In this document: positions 27,701 through 32,302 of the stretch, piece after piece
How positions within the stretch are numbered: position 1 is the first letter of the stretch
Layout of the letters: each line of letters begins with the position of its first letter
Virus record (IMG/VR): IMGVR_UViG_3300038673_000431
Span: 1 to 32,302 of that record
Length of the DNA stretch: 32,302 nucleotides
From: a virus
Taxonomy: Duplodnaviria; Caudoviricetes
Reading direction: 5' to 3' (one strand)
Made by a program: the position numbers and the translations under genes
The notes under the pieces: model-generated
What the model saw: the letters and a program-made list of their open reading frames with translations, nothing else
The model's database searches: none
What the model was told of the DNA's origin: nothing

Positions 27701-30700
27701 AAATGAATACAGTCGTCAGCAACTTACTAAGTTGTTAGAAGATTTGTTTACAAAACAGCTAACAATGAATATGACTTCTCCAACATCATTTGTTGACAAT
27801 CAACAACTGAATGAACTGAGGAGTAAATACAGTGAGCAATACAATCAGATTAAACAAGCTATGAAGATAGCTGAACAAAACGAAGTAGAATCTGTAGAAA
27901 ATGAAATTATTGCTGAGAATAATCAGGAAGAGCTTAATGAATTAAGAGCTAAGTATCAAAAAAATCTTACTGAAACAGTATTTGATAATGATGGTAATCC
28001 CATGGAAGTAGGTATTCATTTAAATAAGAATACACCACAATACTTTGATGGACGTAAGAATCGTAAACTTAATCTTATACCTTTCAGAAATGAAACAAAT
28101 GAAGAATATCAAGAAAGGGTAAATAAAGCTATATCTGAAAATACTGTAGATTATAAGAATTATGTTGAAGAGTTTGCTGATAATGTAGAAAAAGAGATTT
28201 TAGAGCTTGAAGCATGGGTTGAATCAATTAAGAATAATAACGATAGTTACAAAACTAAATATCCTAACGGGAAATATAATAACAGTAATCCTGCTATGAT
28301 TGCCCGTAGTGTAATAGATAGTATTGAATCAAGTCGTGAAGCTATTAAAAATAGTTTTACTGTAGCAAAAGCTATTAATGGTGTAGAAAATTATACTGAA
28401 TATGCTAATGAAGTAGAACGTAAAATAACTGAAGCATTAGCATCGGAAGAATCAGGTAATGTACGTGATAAACTTAATGAACAATACAATAAACTCGAAA
28501 CTGTAAAAGAAGGTATTGGGCAAGCTGAATATCTTGAACGTGCTAAAAGAGATCACATGAGAACTGTAATGGTTGAAAACAACATTTACAGCGTGATAGA
28601 GATACTTTCTCACGACATAATGATTAATGATACCGATAAATTACAAAACCCGTTATTTGACCAATTAAGATCACTAAATCCATTAAGTGAAGAAATACTT
28701 TCTGCAAATGGTAATTATACAAATGAACAATTAAAAATACTTTCAGAACGAAAGAGCTTACTAAATAACGTATTAAGCTTCCTTGCACAAAACAAAGAAG
28801 TAGTATTCTCGGAAAGAAATCTTCCCGGGATTTTTGGCATCTATGAAGCATATGCTATAAAGGGTAATTACAATCAGGAAACAAGTATCTTTTATCAGGC
28901 CGATTCAAAAGCAGTAAGTGGTAATACAAATGCTGTACGGAATAGTAGAGAGTCAGGTATGGTACCAATGAATGTAAATGGAGTATATTTCTTTGATGGT
29001 TTATATGGAAAAAAATCTGTATCTAATCCTGATATAGTAAAAATGCGTTTGAAAGAACATTTAAATGTACTTACATGGATTGCATCTGGTTATACCATAA
29101 ATGATATTACATCTATCCGTAAGGAAATGCTTAATGAGAATCGCAATACAGAAACAGAAGAACAGGAATCTGTAGTAAATTCTGTTATTGCATTTCTTAC
29201 TGGTGATAATATTTACAAAAAGCTTTATGATTATTTGGATAGAAACAATAATTATAGTAGTGAAGAAAATATTTACAACGTAAATACTTTATACAATGCC
29301 TTAACAATAACAGGTGATTATGGTGTTGGAAAAACACAGTTTGTTTTTAAACAAGCAATAGACATATTGGCCAGGTTAGAGATTAATAAAGAAAGTAGAA
29401 TAAAAGGTGCAGCAGTTGTAAGTATTACTAAGAATCTTGAAAAGGTTCATAAAGATACATTTGATACAATTCTTCCGGAAGGAACAAAATATCTTGATTT
29501 TAAATCAGGTTTTGTAGAGAATATAGATAATCTTGATACTTCAGAAGGAATGGTTTATATTGTTGATGAAGCTTCTATTCTTATACGTGAGGAATTTGAA
29601 GCTTTAATGAATAAATTCAACAATTCAAAAGCAAAGATTATTTTCCTTGGTGATATCTTTCAGATGAGAGATGCATTAAGTTCAGATAAGCTTCCTCATA
29701 TTATAACAAGAACTATGAATACTCATTTGCTTACAGAGCAATTTAGTAGTAATTCATCATTGTTACGTGAACTTGCTAACGAACCACGTTCTAAAGCTGT
29801 TGGTACAGGTAATCTTTCAGACCAGATTCCTACTTTATGGAATGTAAAAGTATTTAGTAAAATAATAGATGGTAAATTACAAGGTGCTCACTATTATTCA
29901 GATGAAAATGAAATGTCAAAAGCTTTTACGAATAATCTGACAAATGAAAGTAAGAAAGCCATTATATTTGCTAATCAAGCTCATCTTGATGCTTTTTTGG
30001 CTAAAGCTGAAAAATCGGTTGCTGATGCTATCCGTGCTAATATGGACAAAGTGTATTTTGGTTTCCGTATGGGTAATACAGAAACTTCAAAACTTATACA
30101 AGGCTTACGTGAAGAAGAGGTATATGTAATGATAGACCCTGTTACTGCAAAAGAAAGGTTTGGTATAAAAGAAGAAGCTATTGTAAGTTCTGCTTTATAT
30201 ACATCCATTGGTCGCGCTTCAAATTTTGTAGGACTAATTAGTAGTGATCAATCATTAAATGCAAAAAATGAAAATGAAGCTCTATCTATTGGACAACCTG
30301 TAAGTAGTGATAATCCGCTTATACAAGACATGCTTCTTAGATTTAAAGCTAAAACTGATTTATTTTATTCATATATCAATTCAGACAATTATCGTAATCA
30401 TAAAGAAGAAACTGAAGCTGATAATACCGGTAATACCGGTAATAAAAAAGCAGATAAGCAAAATGAAGTTGAAACATTTACTGAGCCTATTGAAGTAAAC
30501 AATATAAAATATAAGGTAAATGTTACTATTGACAAAAAGAATGATTCTGTTGTAGGAACATTCCTATATAAAGGTGCATACAGAACAGTAGAAGTAACCG
30601 GTGGTAATTTATCATCACAAGGACGTGCGACTATAATTGCTGAACTCCGTGATCTTATGATTAAAGAGTTGACAGTAAATCCAGACCCTGTTATTACTAA

Positions 30701-32302
30701 ACGTAGTGTTACTCATGCTACTATTGGAAATGATATAGTAACTATTACTGATTATGTTGAAGTAAACGGTGTTCTCGGAACTATTGATGAAATAATAGAA
30801 GTAAATGATAACGGTAAATTATCTTATGAACTTGTAATTGATGGTAAATTGATAACAATTAAGTCGAGCGATGCTATCAATTTCATAGAAGTTGAAGATG
30901 TTGAAGATAATACTGGAGAAGGTCACTTTCTTCGTATTACTAAATCATATAACAAATACGTTGCAAATAAGAATTTATTTACTATTTGGTCAACATCTGC
31001 ATCTCTTGTTGGTATGAGTAGTAATACTACAAATGCTGACAAACAGAAACGCCGTAATTTCAATGATCTTGTACTTGGCAATATAAATACCTTTATGGGT
31101 ATTAAAAATGCTTCAAATCAAGCTGTATCTGTAAAACTTGTAAAAGGTAAATACACCTATTTAAATGATAAAAATGAAGAAGTAACAGAGGACAACATGA
31201 TGGTTGTGCAGGTTGAAGTAAAAAATAGACCTGCATTTGAAGCATTAGTAGCTAAATATGGAAAAGCATATAAAGGAATTGATGTACCAAAAGAAAATAC
31301 TTTTATTATTGGTACTGTTACTATGCCGGCCATACCTGTTTATAATGCCGACTATGATTTTGTTTATTATTCTTATGAACGTATTCAAAATGGAACTTCA
31401 AGAAACCAATTAATAGCTGACTGGAACATTGCACAATTACCCGGTGATACACAAAATATAACTCGTGATAATTTACGTGACATGAATGTTGCCATTTATG
31501 ATATGTATAATTCACCAGAAAAAGAATTTGAAGTAAAATCATTTCTTGATGGAGAAAGAAAAATACAGTATCAAGCAGGAGTACAAACACTACAAGAATT
31601 TTCTGATAACAGCCAATATGTATTTGAAATAAAAAATCCATATTCAGGAAAGAATAAAGCTGGTAACAGAAGAATTATTGTAAAAACAAATATCCCTGGA
31701 GTGTCTGAAATAATTTGTACAATGCCTACATTTGGTCAGAACCCAGTAGCATGGCAATCATTACTTGACCATATAATAAAAGAAAATCCATTTGATGTAT
31801 CTATTCAAAAAATGGCTAATAAGTTTATAGAAGAAGAAGAACAAGTAAAAGCACTTAATAGTGATTTTATAAACTCTCTTCTTGCTCGATTTATTTTGAA
31901 TAATTACGCCGAACTAAAAAGTAATCCTGCTCTTTCAAATAAGTTATTTGGTGGACTTGTATCTATCAAAGACAATCATCATGTCGATATAATAGGAAGA
32001 AATGCTAAAGAAATACAAGAGAATTACAAAAAAGTTATTAACAGACTTTTTAAAATTTCATCTTATGAAGTAAATACTTTGTATGATTTTGCTGAAGTAC
32101 AAAAGAACGGTTCAAATCGTGTATTGACAGATCATGATGGTAATCCGCTTATTAATGATTTGACTAAAATTTATACTCATGCTTTTCGTATTAATAATGT
32201 AAGTGGATATCCACAGATTGATAAACCGGCTGTTCCTAAAAATGAAAAATCACAAGAAGTTCCACAAAACAATAATCTTCCACCGATTGATAATTTTAGT
32301 TT
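24792..32302 (+). CDS. Giant (>2500 aa) virion cargo polyprotein with an SF1 (RecD-like) helicase domain; 3' end outside the window
   Basis: ATG24792 (MSTEIKSTEAF...) reads without a stop to the window end in my manual translation. Hydrophobic Gly/Ala region at ~25940-26150, coiled coils, then Walker A GDYGVGKT (29313-29336), Walker B YIVDEAS (29556-29576), LGDIFQ, IQGL and LYTSIGRA (30195-30218). Confidence 0.85.
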   Translation, partial: MSTEIKSTEAFTTPDGKTAIKYDVVNESLLNNKPLEDVFEEMRYNDEVVINTPEYYKQQFGVKANPSNPNALEDKQIDMFVSKAKVLKEQFGKMKEYGTTPGEVSVQRDFLKRKAKYKSIVLNPYMGEIGSDKAYKGFLNPETGTYATIGTEEEIAEASDFMYEAEMKIDENGMPRSVITRVPKPSTQAEFHKKYGDGKRVVTTIREENTDQPVFVAMPADSFVADGNIYSTKYGAQKLFSDSFLGESWKGFYNGLWSKTMRSGSEVRGLLNDALRYDKSHIFTKGPEIVNNYANQVLDILSQEGNYKGVEMLKKAIEEDDYIAMSDAFDYAYANIDPVVSNRLKRIAQPLDWGKVNQEVVRSFNDWTSASMDQSEQTRNGRTASAVLAGYSEMVGMLAPQIAIAMATGGATTGINMAVAGARGAATKLALNNAIRFGAKTLTYTLGTSQAVGSDMYRSLIESGLEQGEVGRTMIWSLPVMYATERLTGGWMFKSMDDPTRRTIIDQVWKPGIEAIQKAVSKGAPDAVKQKAVAQMFTNLIKNKSFQKWLDKGSFGADLVRANISEGIQENMEDQIYNGLEYYLNENAPVWAEVGKGKSDVDSFFIGFDQLANTTGGTIFATTLMQTLLSGIPRGIRKMRGLPDTNKDTERDQWLMHKVLTNEANQVATEMFEGWQRGEWHGEKGTPPVLLTEGFLSPEEAATMMVPKSKYLQEFGFEEGKQIETVGEARFIEAITTLEAFEDLSNKMGLNEVSKEALLQSGFKGKLLLQKSFEAYKNLVEYDKTAITDFEQANSLSLNTVLDKVKQNEVYAQQGLGENIVALTEKENELLTISKDYIAAKRNYDYHTEIEKGTSHTAAINDMMKEFTTIVTQVNAEMDKIMGNANGHVIPDDVKARPDFKAKYFEAWNNIVKEKFSYPDYKGVVNRLEGLKQKADARRAKVISDIENKTVFNDMMSISERFSKQFEGLKNEYSRQQLTKLLEDLFTKQLTMNMTSPTSFVDNQQLNELRSKYSEQYNQIKQAMKIAEQNEVESVENEIIAENNQEELNELRAKYQKNLTETVFDNDGNPMEVGIHLNKNTPQYFDGRKNRKLNLIPFRNETNEEYQERVNKAISENTVDYKNYVEEFADNVEKEILELEAWVESIKNNNDSYKTKYPNGKYNNSNPAMIARSVIDSIESSREAIKNSFTVAKAINGVENYTEYANEVERKITEALASEESGNVRDKLNEQYNKLETVKEGIGQAEYLERAKRDHMRTVMVENNIYSVIEILSHDIMINDTDKLQNPLFDQLRSLNPLSEEILSANGNYTNEQLKILSERKSLLNNVLSFLAQNKEVVFSERNLPGIFGIYEAYAIKGNYNQETSIFYQADSKAVSGNTNAVRNSRESGMVPMNVNGVYFFDGLYGKKSVSNPDIVKMRLKEHLNVLTWIASGYTINDITSIRKEMLNENRNTETEEQESVVNSVIAFLTGDNIYKKLYDYLDRNNNYSSEENIYNVNTLYNALTITGDYGVGKTQFVFKQAIDILARLEINKESRIKGAAVVSITKNLEKVHKDTFDTILPEGTKYLDFKSGFVENIDNLDTSEGMVYIVDEASILIREEFEALMNKFNNSKAKIIFLGDIFQMRDALSSDKLPHIITRTMNTHLLTEQFSSNSSLLRELANEPRSKAVGTGNLSDQIPTLWNVKVFSKIIDGKLQGAHYYSDENEMSKAFTNNLTNESKKAIIFANQAHLDAFLAKAEKSVADAIRANMDKVYFGFRMGNTETSKLIQGLREEEVYVMIDPVTAKERFGIKEEAIVSSALYTSIGRASNFVGLISSDQSLNAKNENEALSIGQPVSSDNPLIQDMLLRFKAKTDLFYSYINSDNYRNHKEETEADNTGNTGNKKADKQNEVETFTEPIEVNNIKYKVNVTIDKKNDSVVGTFLYKGAYRTVEVTGGNLSSQGRATIIAELRDLMIKELTVNPDPVITKRSVTHATIGNDIVTITDYVEVNGVLGTIDEIIEVNDNGKLSYELVIDGKLITIKSSDAINFIEVEDVEDNTGEGHFLRITKSYNKYVANKNLFTIWSTSASLVGMSSNTTNADKQKRRNFNDLVLGNINTFMGIKNASNQAVSVKLVKGKYTYLNDKNEEVTEDNMMVVQVEVKNRPAFEALVAKYGKAYKGIDVPKENTFIIGTVTMPAIPVYNADYDFVYYSYERIQNGTSRNQLIADWNIAQLPGDTQNITRDNLRDMNVAIYDMYNSPEKEFEVKSFLDGERKIQYQAGVQTLQEFSDNSQYVFEIKNPYSGKNKAGNRRIIVKTNIPGVSEIICTMPTFGQNPVAWQSLLDHIIKENPFDVSIQKMANKFIEEEEQVKALNSDFINSLLARFILNNYAELKSNPALSNKLFGGLVSIKDNHHVDIIGRNAKEIQENYKKVINRLFKISSYEVNTLYDFAEVQKNGSNRVLTDHDGNPLINDLTKIYTHAFRINNVSGYPQIDKPAVPKNEKSQEVPQNNNLPPIDNFS

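Noticed and set aside
30423-30444. Short tandem repeat (TAATACCGG)x2
   Set aside because: It encodes an NTGNTGN linker after the helicase domain; too short and in-frame to be a regulatory array.
200-31641. Minus-strand and short alternate-frame ORFs in the track (60-110 aa)
   Set aside because: All overlap long plus-strand genes, have no recognisable motifs and look like antisense or frame shadows.
1013-32302. DGR template or variable repeat inside the window
   Set aside because: No AAC-rich non-coding segment or ~100-nt repeat pair was seen by eye, and intergenic gaps are under 100 nt. A computed self-alignment is needed to exclude it fully.
2542-32302. Stop-codon reassignment, introns or inteins in late genes
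   Set aside because: TerL, portal, MCP, muzzle and the giant ORF are uninterrupted under the standard code and show no intein or homing-endonuclease motifs.
24792-32302. Virion RNA polymerase catalytic motif in the giant ORF
   Set aside because: Only DNDGN (~27985) and DHDGN (~32130) were seen; neither is a DxDxD triad in RNAP context. An RNAP may lie beyond the window.

Overview
This window is an all-plus-strand, AT-rich (about 30% GC by eye) late/structural region of a Bacteroidota-infecting podophage, most likely Crassvirales (crAss-like). It opens with a GC-richer cassette (1-~1550) holding a 5'-truncated DGR-type reverse transcriptase, a probable tail-fibre chaperone and a small membrane protein. 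A holin and a spanin-like protein follow, then terminase large subunit, portal, a GroES-like protein, scaffold, major capsid protein, ring/adaptor and auxiliary capsid proteins, an IHF/HU-like protein and the muzzle/tail-stabilisation protein. The window ends with probable ejected cargo proteins. The last ORF (24792 to beyond the end, over 2500 aa) is missing from the supplied track and contains a RecD-like SF1 helicase domain behind a membrane-type region. No CRISPR array, tRNA, intron, intein or DGR TR/VR pair was seen. Product calls rest on motifs read by eye and gene order; no searches were run.
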